A stretch of DNA of 64,000 bases from Octopus vulgaris (lineage: Eukaryota): the NCBI GenBank assembly GCA_951406725.2, contig OX597838.1, forward strand, positions 7,378,001-7,442,000, in the 5' to 3' direction. The notes under the pieces are model-generated. The model saw only the letters and a program-made list of their open reading frames with translations. It did not search any database and was not told the origin of the DNA. Positions 12,701-23,619 of this stretch are shown here, piece after piece. The first letter of the stretch is position 1; the number at the start of each line of letters is the position of its first letter. The position numbers were made by a program, and so were the translations under genes.

Positions 12701-13159
12701 CACGTAGTCTAGATGCGTGTCCAGGGTGGCATTCCAATCCCCCACTAAAAGTAAAGGACGAGACGTTCCCATGAAAGACTCTAGACGTCGAAAGAAATCT
12801 GGTCGGCCTGTTAAGGACGGAGCATAAACTGCTATCAGTCGAAAAGCACACTCATTGCTGCCATCGACATCCAAAACGACCAGCCTACCCTCCGGGTCTA
12901 GGAAATTTGCTCTTACTTTGAGATCCAGACTCTTCCGGATAAGCACCGCGGTGCCACCTCCGCCCATTCTCGGTAGACACGGAGAAAAATAAATGTTGAA
13001 ATGTGTACCGAAAATGTGCTGGAGTGCCCGCAAGCTGTGGAGTCTGGTCTCACTGATGGCTATGATATTTAGATTTAGTGACTTGATGTCATTTAACAGG
13101 TAGCCTTGTTTCCAAGGCGACCCCAAGCCACGTACATTTATACTACCTATTCTGAGCAT
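9722..13159 (-). CDS. LINE ORF2 polyprotein: APE endonuclease, reverse transcriptase and C-terminal zinc finger (1145 aa from first ATG)
   Basis: APE motifs SINVRGL, ISETR, GDWN, YLDRVF and TDH; RT motifs KSPGLDGLP, NFRPITLLN, LDQSKAFDRVDH, VRQGCPLS, AYADD and LLGVWF; then GGLGLP and the zinc finger CPRCGQSDETVLHALVQC. No internal stops. The ORF track opens at a TTG (13177); the first ATG is at 13159. Confidence 0.95.
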   Translation of the reverse strand: MLRIGSINVRGLGSPWKQGYLLNDIKSLNLNIIAISETRLHSLRALQHIFGTHFNIYFSPCLPRMGGGGTAVLIRKSLDLKVRANFLDPEGRLVVLDVDGSNECAFRLIAVYAPSLTGRPDFFRRLESFMGTSRPLLLVGDWNATLDTHLDYVGRDSNRRGCKCLKDLLRRFQLSDRYRLDHPNVPMWTWSNRIGSSRSYLDRVFCRTIDKNSVGCPQFHIVSYTDHKFVTCTLDLDKTHRQGPGYWKLNASFTARQVYRDRISTLVKRALTGTIINNRWWYALKKAIKAESVRYSRALALDRNRIEGELVKVLEEALRTGIASNVLAARLALDQHLNAKHEGCVVRAKMRALRNEGVGAAQEARVVETQRGNRSTIKSLIDEQGRELLEPKRMCGVFQQHFTQLFGTSGESESRVDFSAYLHALPRLSAREVESCEKPITAADVQDAMVGCARDKSPGLDGLPYEFYFHMPDLFGGVLAAVYCNWQQNGSIPAFVKRGAVALIKKDPNKGDVIDNFRPITLLNADLKILAKVLAERLALVIKKLIDKAQTCAVPGRSIHDNLHLMRYIIDRVVKNPGMGGALINLDQSKAFDRVDHHYLEAVLKAAGFGPVFRGWIAALYSGIRSVVRVNGHLSRPFNIMRSVRQGCPLSSLLYVLTLEPLLRKLATLRGIPRELGCGRSVSAYADDVTVIVSSYEHIELVGETLKEYEAVTGAKINREKSVGLRLGTWRSKPMPSNSVSIVGRWTDGPVKLLGVWFGPDLQMEKNWGEITTRVATLTQKWTERKLSLKGRAEVANAYIASVIEYRLTVVPCPDPTITKLERILFRFLWKGNVPMVRRSICCQHPLNGGLGLPWLMMRRHALRLRHLRRFIDNGEQGWSPFVRRAFPQLVSLDELQSWIKQRPRLGEWHRECRVALKQLCRPGSNLCDSITTKAFYRGLVEGRCDDELGQSLGVDEEHLTRLFRTTFGPGPMNNHQRSLAWQCYREALPVRDKLYRHGSRHTGPTCPRCGQSDETVLHALVQCPTISDLWAYAERLLSRVGRIRLSAESIVRIAPPPSLNREGKAVFIVLVAMVKECVWWTRAKGLETNTYLSGQSLINFFKYHLKRKVRMEREVLSRERFKKRWVNVAKMVRASNETILSMIL

Positions 13160-13201
13160 GTTCCGATAAAAGTGCAAAAAAGGAAAAGGAGAGAGAAAAG
13201 G

Positions 13202-13604
13202 TTACTTGTTTTCCGAAAGTTCTTTGTCTTTCACCTCACGGTCTTCTTCTATGAGGCTTTTATACAGTTTTTTCGATGAGTACTTTTGAAATCTCCCTAC
13301 TGCATCAGGGTAAAGAGATTTCAGGGTGCTGTATGTGTTCTGTGTCACATGTATTATTTTAATGTGTTGTGGTGGTGTTGTGTGTGGGTGGTTACTTGTT
13401 TTTATGTCGTTTTCAGTAATGTTAGTGTTTGACCTAATGTGTTCCATTAGGTCGTGGTTGTTTGTGTTTATGGCTGTCAACATTTTTGGGGGGTTTGATG
13501 ATGGTGTGTTTGTGTTGATGTGTGTGTTTTCTGTGGATGTTTTTGTTTCGGGAGTGGTGTATCTTCCCGCTTTGTTTGTTATTTTTTCTTTTCTTTTTTT
13601 CCCC
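13202..13604 (-). CDS. Probable C-terminal continuation of ORF1 in the -1 frame (alternatively a small third ORF)
   Basis: The open frame overlaps the ORF1 stop across a GGGGAAAAAAAG run and has the same T/N/K-rich composition as ORF1. It ends 42 nt before the ORF2 ATG. Confidence 0.6.
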
Positions 13605-15366
13605 TTTTTCTTCTCCCCCCTGTGGCTATTTGCCAATCTTCCGTGTCTTCTTCGTCTAATGACAGATCAGACGAATCGGAGTCTGGAAGAGGGAAAGTAT
13701 TGGGGTCTATTGTCGACTGTGTTGGTTTTGTTGTTGGTGTTGGTTGGTGAGCGTTTGGTTGTGGTGTATGCGGTTTTGGATGTGGGGTTTGGGTATTTTG
13801 TGTTTGAGTGATTGTGGGTATTGTTGTGTTGTTTAGGGTCTCAATTTTGTGGGGATTTGGAGTTGTAATTGTTTCTTCATTTTTGCTGGGTGTCTTTTTG
13901 GCAGATGTCCTTGGTTTGGGAGTTGGTATATTCTTGGTTGTTGTTGTTGGTGATGCTGCTTCTGTTCTTGGTGCTGCAGTTGGTGTGGTTGTTTGTTTGG
14001 TGAGGTTTGTTCCTGCAAAAAGTGGTGTGGGTAGTAAACCTTGTTTATTTGTTTTTGTTTCCGGCTGCTGTTGTTGTTGCTGTTGTTTTCTTGCGGCAGA
14101 TTTGCAGTCTTTTTTGAGGTGTTGCTCACTGCCGCATATGTAGCAACGTGGTCTTCTGCCATCGACGACCACATATAACTTGTGGTCGTCTGATACACAT
14201 ATCTGGGTGGGTATTTTTTTTATATCTTCATGATGTATATGTAGAAGAAATTCTATTTTTCTTCCCACCCAGTTTTTATGCTCTGTGACTGTGGTTTCCA
14301 AAATAGTATAATTCGCCATATTTACGCATAAGGCCTTTACAAGCCATAGACTATTGTCTATTTTGGGGACATTGTTTAGAGTGATCTTAGTCACTTTCTG
14401 TCCCCGATAGCTTGGTGTAAGTTGGAGTTCATCTGAGTGAAGAGTTAGCGTTGAGAAATGTCTAGCTAACTCTTCGGTGTAGAAAACGACTTGTATGTGG
14501 GCAAATTTGTTCCACCAGGTTACATATTCTTTATGATCCCAGATGGGTTTCAAGCACTTCTCTATTTTGCTTGTGTTGGCCTTCTCTGGGATTTTTGTTT
14601 TTTTGTTAACTATTTTATAAATGATTGTTCGTCTTTTTTCATTTTCCAAAATATCTTCTGGTATGTTTATTTTTACTATACCTTCTGATTCTGTTATTTT
14701 GATGTTCGTGTCCTGTATTTGTTGAGCCGTAAAGTATATTGTTGTTTTTTTTTCTTTAATCGCCTCAGCGAAATTTGTTGTTGTTTTGTTATTGTTGTTG
14801 CTTGTGGTGATGTTGTTGTTGGCCGCAGTTTGTAAAATTGGTGTGTTTGGTTCGATCGTGCAAGTAGGAAGGGGTGGAAAATTGCCTGCGTACTTTAGTC
14901 CTGCACTAGGGCAAAATTCGACATTTCGTTTGCTTGTCGTCGTTATTTTTTCACTTGTTGGTGATGGAGTGAGCAGTGGTTGAAGGGAATTGTTGTTGTC
15001 GTCGTTGTTGTTGTTGTTGTTGTTGTTATTGTCGTTCTTGGTGACGGCGGTGGTGTTGGTAGTATTAGTAGCATTGACGGCACGGCCTTTGGTGGCGGTG
15101 ATGGTGATGTTGGTGTTGTTATTGGTGGCGATATCTTTAGTAGGGATAGCAGTTTCAGTAGCAGATTCTGCCATGGTGTTGGTGGTGGTGGTGGTGGACT
15201 CACTGATGGTGTTGACGGTGCTTGGCCTTGCGACCTTTGTTTTGTATTTGTTGCTGTTGGTGGTGGTGGAGTTGTCAGGTTCGGCGTATGCTAACAGAGC
15301 ATGCTGTTTTTCTGTTTCTGCGTCACGCTTCACTTGCAAACCAGCCTCGTGGTGGCCAGTGGCCAT
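13579..15366 (-). CDS. LINE ORF1 gag-like nucleic-acid-binding protein with CCHC zinc knuckle (595 aa from ATG)
   Basis: ATG at 15366 in good context (AAAATGG). CYICGSEQHLKKDC (C-X2-C-X4-H-X4-C) lies at 14104-14145, with Thr/Asn/Gln-rich low-complexity flanks and an acidic-then-basic end. Confidence 0.88.
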   Translation of the reverse strand: MATGHHEAGLQVKRDAETEKQHALLAYAEPDNSTTTNSNKYKTKVARPSTVNTISESTTTTTNTMAESATETAIPTKDIATNNNTNITITATKGRAVNATNTTNTTAVTKNDNNNNNNNNNDDNNNSLQPLLTPSPTSEKITTTSKRNVEFCPSAGLKYAGNFPPLPTCTIEPNTPILQTAANNNITTSNNNNKTTTNFAEAIKEKKTTIYFTAQQIQDTNIKITESEGIVKINIPEDILENEKRRTIIYKIVNKKTKIPEKANTSKIEKCLKPIWDHKEYVTWWNKFAHIQVVFYTEELARHFSTLTLHSDELQLTPSYRGQKVTKITLNNVPKIDNSLWLVKALCVNMANYTILETTVTEHKNWVGRKIEFLLHIHHEDIKKIPTQICVSDDHKLYVVVDGRRPRCYICGSEQHLKKDCKSAARKQQQQQQQPETKTNKQGLLPTPLFAGTNLTKQTTTPTAAPRTEAASPTTTTKNIPTPKPRTSAKKTPSKNEETITTPNPHKIETLNNTTIPTITQTQNTQTPHPKPHTPQPNAHQPTPTTKPTQSTIDPNTFPLPDSDSSDLSLDEEDTEDWQIATGGRRKRGKKEKKK

Positions 15367-15592
15367 TTTGGAAATAAAATGGCTAAATGAAACCACGAAG
15401 GCTATGAGAATTTTTTCTTTAAAATTTTGCCCACAAGGGGCAAAATTTTGTGTCGATATTTATCAAAGGTTTACAGTGGATGTTGTTGCACAACATTTAA
15501 GCACAAAATGTTTGTCAATATACACTTTTAAATAGTCAAAATAAATGATTACCTTCGGAGCTGAAACGACATCACATCCGTCAATAGAGAAT

Positions 15593-15605
15593 GATAGATA
15601 GATAA

Positions 15606-15653
<48 letters not shown>

Positions 15654-15665
15654 ATAGGTAGATAG
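15593..15665 (+). repeat. (GATA)n microsatellite abutting the 5' end of the LINE
   Basis: Directly visible; same strand orientation as the tract at 9247-9405. Confidence 0.95.
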
Positions 15666-15835
15666 TATGTATATAGGTAGATATAGATATAGCTATATAT
15701 GCACACCAAAACATACACATGCTGATTAATAAAATATAATTTATTTCTTACATGTGTGTGAGTGTAGAGGCATATAATCGTTTTCTCTATATCTATCTCA
15801 CATTCCACAAACACAAATACGTATATGCATGCATA

Positions 15836-15881
<46 letters not shown>

Positions 15882-15882
15882 C

Positions 15883-15925
<43 letters not shown>

Positions 15926-16686
15926 TAGATAGATAGATGCACACACACAAGTGTGTGTGTATGCAAGTGTATGTTTATATACACTTGAAACACTTGTGTA
16001 AATACACGTGAGAGCGTATGCATACATGCATGTACATGCATGAATACAGCTATATGTTTGTTTCTGTACAGACGAAGAAAAACAATCCGCACTAGAAGAC
16101 AATTTCAAGAATTAAAACGCATAAAATTGATTATATTTCCAGCAAAATATGCTAAAATTTCAACGGAGATTGTTGCTTTAATATAATCCAAGTCAATCAT
16201 TCCTTGACCTTCTTTTATCTTTTTACATGAAACATATAACGGAGAATTAGTTCTTAAAGAGATTGGATGTTTAGGAGAGAATATTAGTTGAATATAAATC
16301 GTTAAGTTCTTAATGTTAATTAGTGCTAGAAGACGAACCTCACCATACAGATCTTTGGCGAAACACGTTCCTGATTTGGTATCACGTCTCTTTCTCTGAT
16401 ATATATCAGGAATTTCGTCATCCAATATTTTTTTCGTTTCTTCTAATATTTTTCAATGATAAAACTGCGACCATTCTGGAGTACAACCTAAAAGGACGAG
16501 TCAAAGCATTTCTAATTGCAAAATCAGAAATCCGAAATCTAGAATTATACAGTAATTTTTACTAGTTTCATCTTGTCTCTCTCTGTCTTTTCTGCATGTT
16601 GATATATGAAAACTTAAGGTGATTTTAGAGCCGGTTCATGGCTGCTATTTCAGCATGGGGGTATACAAAATGGCAACAATTTACTC

Positions 16687-16736
<50 letters not shown>

Positions 16737-16764
16737 CATATATATTGATATATATTTATATATT

Positions 16765-16805
<41 letters not shown>

Positions 16806-16817
16806 TTACATATATAT

Positions 16818-16858
<41 letters not shown>

Positions 16859-16867
16859 TGTATACAG

Positions 16868-16971
<104 letters not shown>

Positions 16972-16984
16972 TATAGAAGGACTT

Positions 16985-17059
16985 TACAGACTAGTACTGT
17001 TTCATTCAAGAGAAATCTTCAGATTCCTGAAGATTTCTCTTGAATATACTAGTCCTGTA
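16985..17059. repeat. Inverted repeat/hairpin containing a hammerhead-like core on the minus strand
   Basis: Perfect 19-bp arms ATTCAAGAGAAATCTTCAG / CTGAAGATTTCTCTTGAAT (17004-17022, 17027-17045) plus outer arms. The minus strand reads CTGAAGA-tttctcttgaat-GAAACAGTACTAGTC. Confidence 0.6.
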
Positions 17060-17130
17060 TATATAATAAATTAATTTTACTCTGCTATGTATTGAGTACC
17101 TTACTTACTGTGGTTAACCCGAATAACCGG

Positions 17131-17168
<38 letters not shown>

Positions 17169-17325
17169 TGGGTTGTAGTTTTTTCTTCCTTCTCCAATTG
17201 TTGTGCTCTGATGGAGTTTTGTTAATTTTATCGAACCACCCGAGCATCGAAAGTCAGTCTCTACTTTTTTTCCGTTTCCTCGTTAGCTCCTGTTCTTCAT
17301 AACGAGGTTATTATTTGTTGTTTCT

Positions 17326-17411
17326 TTTCTTCTTCTTCTTCTTCTTCTTCTTCTTCTTCTTCTTCTTCTTCTTCTTCTTCTTCTTCTTCTTCTTCTTCTT
17401 CTTCTTCTTCT
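17326..17411. repeat. (CTT)n microsatellite
   Basis: Directly visible. Confidence 0.95.
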
Positions 17412-18136
17412 TTATTGTTGCTTTTTATTATATTTTTAGTTTTATTTTATTTGGGGTTGAGTGGTGAAATGTAATGTTTGATTTTCTAAGCAAATATTTT
17501 TCCACTTAGCATTTTCCAGTTGTGTTATTTTAACCTTTATCGATACGTTATCGATGTTTGCAATAACGAACATCTCTTTCTCTTTCTATTTCTTTACTTT
17601 CCTCTGTATTTTCCTTTTCCTTCTCTCTAATTCATTCTTTTTCTTTCCTCTTTTTTTTTCTTTCTTTATCTTCCTGTGTGTGGGTTTGCCTTTTATTCTC
17701 AATCTCTTGATTAGCACCAGAATTGAACGCTGTCATTTCCTCTGCGAGATATTGAATAGATGTTTGAGAAACTAAATCGTCGAAATGGAAAATATTGCTG
17801 TTGTTGGAATTCAAGTCGTGTTTGTTTAGCCCCAGGATAGGTTCTACTTAAATTGGCCTATGATCAGGCGTCACTTATCAAAATGTACGTTGATTCGTGT
17901 CCTATCATTTATCATCATATATTCCACAATATGATAAATTTTAACCCCTTAACTTCGAAATTATACTTCATGAGTATTCCTGCAATGATGTGAAACATCT
18001 ACTCACCAATTGAATTGTTATTTTCTACAGGTCAACTTGGTATACTTGAGATAACAAATAATTGTTTTAAACATGACAATACTTCAACAAAATATAAACT
18101 GGGATATAAAATTGCTTTCCACAGGTATGGGTAATG

Positions 18137-18169
<33 letters not shown>

Positions 18170-18172
<3 letters not shown>

Positions 18173-18279
18173 ACGGGATTCTTTCAGTTTCCGTCTACAA
18201 AATCCACTCACACTATAGGAGAAGACACTTGTCCAAGGTGCCATGCAGTGGGAATGAACCCGGAACCATGAGGTTGGTT
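18170..18279 (-). mobile_element. Partial SINE, family B
   Basis: Shares ctttcagtttccgtctac..aaatccactcac and gaagacacttgtccaaggtgcca...gaacccggaaccatg with the other family B copies. Confidence 0.8.
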
Positions 18280-18281
18280 TA

Positions 18282-19455
18282 AATGATTTCGCAGTGGAAA
18301 CCTGAGCGTTGAAGATCGTGACGTCCATCTGTCATCGATGGCGCTAAATTAAATGCCGTTATTGAGAAAGCTTCACGCAAAACTCAGCGAGAACTGGCAA
18401 AAGAACTTCAAGTTAGCCAAAAAAACTGCCCGCACCTATTTGCATGTAATCGAAAAATCAAAGAAAACGCGACAGGCGATATGAATGAAAATCAGAAAAT
18501 GCGCAGATATGAAATTTGCTCGTCGCTTCTTCTCCGTAACCAAGCCAAACCATTTCTCGACGGTTTTTAACTTGAGAAGAAAGGTGGATTCTGTACTATA
18601 ATAAAACGCGTTCTTCGGAATGGTTGGACCACAATGAAGCACCGAAATTATTCCCTAAACCCGAACTCTTCAAAAACGAAGACTGTTTGTGAAAGGTAGG
18701 AGAGTCCAGTTTGCTGGACATTGTTGTAGAGCTGAAAAAGAAGTAATTTCTACTCTTCTCTGGAAGCCATCTACTCGCAATACCAGAGGGCGCACATTCT
18801 CCTACCCAGATGTAATCTCCAGGGATACAGGCATCCAGCAACAGGACCTCCGTAATGCCATAATAGACCGTGAAGTCTGGCGTAGCATGGTAAATTCCAT
18901 TGTCTCGACCACGGTCGAACAATGATGAATGATTATGACTGATGGGCGCATCCACCATAAATTCTTAAAACCCGGAAAAACCATTACTGCAGAATATATT
19001 GCACTGAAATTGCCTAAATGAACGAAAAACTGCTACTCTTCTGTCCCAGACAGGTCAGGAAAAGAAGGCCAATCATTTTTCTTGGCAATGCTCCACCACA
19101 CTTTTCCCTAGTGACGCTCTAGAAGTTGAGGGAACCTGGTTACGAAGTTCTTCCCCGCCCAGCTTATTCCCTACAACTTTCTCCTATCGACTATCACTCC
19201 AAGAAACCTCATGGTTTCGTGCGTGAGAAGGGGTTACAAAGTCAAACCAATGCTGAATGTGCGTTCAAAGAGTTCATCAGCTTCAGAAGTCCAGAGGTTT
19301 ATGTTACCGGAATAGACACACTTGTAAGTCGTTGGCAAAAGTCTGTTGACTGTAATATGGTACGTAATTTGATGAATAAAATGTCCGCGTAGTTGAAATA
19401 TATTGTGATGAATTTGCTCTTCCAAAACGTTACTTACTTTTATTCAGCTTGATAT
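18282..19455 (+). pseudogene. Decayed mariner (Tc1/mariner) transposase element, interrupted by an RTE fragment
   Basis: Frameshifted remnants FRSGNLSVED, RKTQRELAKELQVSQ, NENQKMRRYEICSSLLLRN, EERWILYYN, FLKPGKTITAE, GNAPPH, EVLPRPAYSLQLSPIDYH (YSPDL motif) and GIDTLVSRWQK. A TIR-like end lies near 19425-19455. Confidence 0.85.
18689..18935 (+). mobile_element. 5'-truncated RTE-type LINE 3' end inserted in the mariner remnant
   Basis: The open frame RRVQFAGHCCR...LLWKP...RGR...DREVWRSMV is typical of the RTE ORF C-terminus, and a short (TGA)-type tail follows the stop directly. Confidence 0.75.
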
Positions 19456-19468
19456 GAACGTACACTTT

Positions 19469-19522
<54 letters not shown>

Positions 19523-20600
19523 TCTCACTCTGTCTGTCTGTCTGTATGTCTAACTCTCTCCCTCTCTCTCTCTCTCGATATATATATATGTATACATATA
19601 TATATATACATACGTATACATCCATACATATATTTATATATATACATATACAAACATACACACATACACACATATATATATACATATGCATGATGTATGT
19701 CTGTATGTGCACTGGTTTAGGCGCATATGTATGTGCATGTATGTATCTGTTAAGCAATTTGTACATTATCATTCCGTGTTTCATAGAAATACATCACATA
19801 TCTATCTCCATTTGCATATATAAATATAAATATTTGCATGAGCCTATATGACATGTTTGAACAATTTCTCCACACAGGCACCTATTAAGTAAAAAAAAAA
19901 CGTGAGCATCTTCCTGCGTGTAATTATACGTATTCTCACTTAGGCGTATGTGTGTATTAATTTGCAAGTCTATGCGAACGAATTTGAATAAGATCATACG
20001 TGTACGCACAAGTGTTGAAACATGCGTGCGTTGAGTAGGTTTACGACTACTAAAATATTAATGTTTCTAAATTATCATGTATCTATTCTACAAATTCTAT
20101 AGGTTTCTCTCTTTCTATGCAATCATACGGCGATTATACAGTGATTATTGCACAAGTCTCATTCTCCCCATATCTAAATTAGGTTGTTTTTTTTTCATAT
20201 CTAAAGCATAACTATACATTATAAAATATTATGACTTTTACACATTTCGAATCAGTTATTAAATAATTTTTAGCAACTTTTAAACAAAATATAACTTTTT
20301 ACTATTTATAAACAGCATTCTGGTATCTTTTAAAATACTTATATAAACTATATCTAAAATGTAAGATTTATGTATAGTTTGCATATATTTTCTAATTACT
20401 CTATGTAACTCTGTTGTATATAGTTAGGGGATTTATTTAGTGACTTGATTAAATAATTATTTTTAATGATTAAAATACCTTAAGAAGACGTCATTATGTT
20501 TTGCTTTCAAGCATCTAAATCTTCGTATCTTACGAACTGATAAATAAGTAATTACTGAAGATTATTTATTCCAATACACAGGAATATATATATATGTATA

Positions 20601-20736
<136 letters not shown>

Positions 20737-20791
20737 TATATATATACACCCACACACACACACACATATATATATATACACTCACACACAC

Positions 20792-20845
<54 letters not shown>

Positions 20846-21058
20846 AATATATATATAAATATATATATATATTTATATATATATATATATATGGGGGTGT
20901 GCAAAGCAAATCTTAAACATAATTGTGCGCAAAAACGTTATACATCTATTTATCTATTTACTTACATGCATATGTGTATATATACATATATGTGTGTGTG
21001 TCTGTATGCGTGTGTCTCAGTGTGCATACATTTACACGCACGCACACACAAACACACA

Positions 21059-21115
<57 letters not shown>

Positions 21116-21429
21116 TAATCTTTGTTTCTATATTGACGCTGCTGTAATAAAACAAGCTTTCATTAAATTGAAGGATTATTCAATGGTTTACTTTTTGCTG
21201 AGCAAAATTTATACATTAACAAGAATTATATTCAATGTCTCCGACGTTTCAGCCAGTTTTGCCATTATGGGATCACCAGATGATGGCTTTGCACGGAACA
21301 AGGGGCCATGAAATTTCTGCTGTAATTGCAAATTAAGTGAGAGTACGGTAATCATATTTTTCTTTCTCAAATATGTTATAGGTGCCAAAATATATTGTAA
21401 ATTTTACAAAATACCCGGACAATACCGAG

Positions 21430-21790
21430 CAGCTCTGGCAGTTTATGTATACTTTTACAAACATAAATACAAAAATATGTATATGGTATAGGAGCAATCA
21501 GCTTCTGGTTAGAAAAATATCCAGTAGAGATCTCAGGACGTATCAACCACGTAATCGCAACACTCAAATTCATCCTCCTGAACAACTATTTCACGTTCGA
21601 TACAGTTTACTGTCGACAAAAATGTGGAATTGCAATGGGATCCCGAGCTGCTCTAGTGATTGCGAATTTTCTAAAGAGCTACATAGAACTTAAAATATAC
21701 CAATCATCACTAGAAAAATATGGCACCTCATTTCATTGCTATTAAAAGGAGACCTGGAAGAGGACGATTGGTTTATACTTTCGAAAGACA
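21430..21790 (+). pseudogene. Penelope-like element reverse transcriptase remnant
   Basis: Frame 21485-21670 reads GIGAISFWLEKYPVEISGRINHVIATLKFILLNNYFTFDTVYCRQKCGIAMGSRAALVIANF, matching the PLE RT motif NYFxFxxxxYxQxxGxAMGSxxAPxxAN. It is not in the ORF track. Confidence 0.8.
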
Positions 21791-21918
21791 GCATGGGCAA
21801 ACTCCTAGATTTCAAAATAATGCTTCCTTTTTTGTGTATTTTCGCATTTTTTTCTTCTTACCTTCCCCTTTACATTTCCACGTGTAGTTTCTATTTTCAT
21901 TTGTAACATATTTCTATA

Positions 21919-21993
<75 letters not shown>

Positions 21994-22536
21994 AAAGTCG
22001 TCTTTCAATGTCCGAATACCACATCTGCTGGCAAGCGTTTGGTCGATCCGGAGATATGGCAGAATACAGGAAGACTGAAACCGTATCCATCCGCTCATTA
22101 GGAATTTTTCGTACCACACTGCTACGCCTGAGCCTACCTAATAACAATGTCACGGATGAATGTTGGTCAAAATACCAACGAAATACACCAGAAAGTGCGT
22201 CGTGCCTTGATAGAAAAGGGAAAAGCTCTAGATAATATAATTCGAACGATCAACGAATAAATACGGCGGTTGTTATGCGGACAAAATGCCTTTCATTAGA
22301 CATCTGCTTCATATTGGTCATTCCTGGGGCTAAACAAAAATACCTGCGACAGCAAGAACAAGTACAACACCAGCAGCCTCACGGTAATGGCATCAACAAA
22401 AGGAAAGAAAATATTTATTTACACCTTGTATTGATTTAAATAAAAATCCATTATCTGGATAATATGATTTCCAAGTGAAATACATGCCTAGAAGGATTTT
22501 CCTAGCAGAATTATATTTTTTTAGAATGTCATAAGC

Positions 22537-22985
<449 letters not shown>

Positions 22986-23619
22986 TATTGTTATTATTTT
23001 TCTTATTATTTTTATTATTATCAGTATTAGTTGTATCCTCAACATTATTAAGTGTATTATTATGAAAATAATGATTGCAAGCATATAAGTTATAAATAAC
23101 GTTGTAAAAAGAAAGTGTTCATTATTAATAAAATAAAAATTGCTTCATTTTAATGAGAAATGATAATATAATGGTTTTATAATGCTAAAAATTATTTAAA
23201 CATCGAAACGACAAAAATCAAAACCAAAAATTGATGTAAAAAAATATCAAATTATTAAAACGTATTTATTAAATATTAATTTAAATTGTAATCTTGAATT
23301 TAATAACAGGAATTCTTATTACCTAGAAATTGGAAGTCTAGGTGATACGAGAATAAATAAATTATGCTTTGTTTTAATTGTACACATCGTAATAACTTTG
23401 CATATTTGTAAAATTGTCTTGTAATGTAATATAGATAATCAGATATTATGTAAAACTTCCGAGGTTATACTAAAAGATAGGGTATTTTGTTACCGGGTAA
23501 GGAAAATATGTTGTCCCACACTTGTGTTCTGTATGAACACGAAACACAATGATTATTGAATGTGTAGAATTCATTCACCCCATACATATGGGTAACTCAC
23601 TTTCAACCAATCTATCTAT

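Larger units (their letters stand above)
9406..15592 (-). mobile_element. Full-length L1/Tx1-clade non-LTR retrotransposon (5' UTR, ORF1, ORF2, 3' UTR)
   Basis: Two long same-strand ORFs with gag-like CCHC and APE-RT-zf architecture, a ~226-nt 5' UTR and a ~316-nt 3' UTR with AATAAA at 9413-9418 (minus). Both boundaries switch abruptly to (GATA)n. Confidence 0.93.

Noticed and set aside
16105-16690. Possible decayed non-LTR RT C-terminal fragment (LYVS...GQGMIDL)
   Set aside because: A single weak motif is not enough to call without a profile search.
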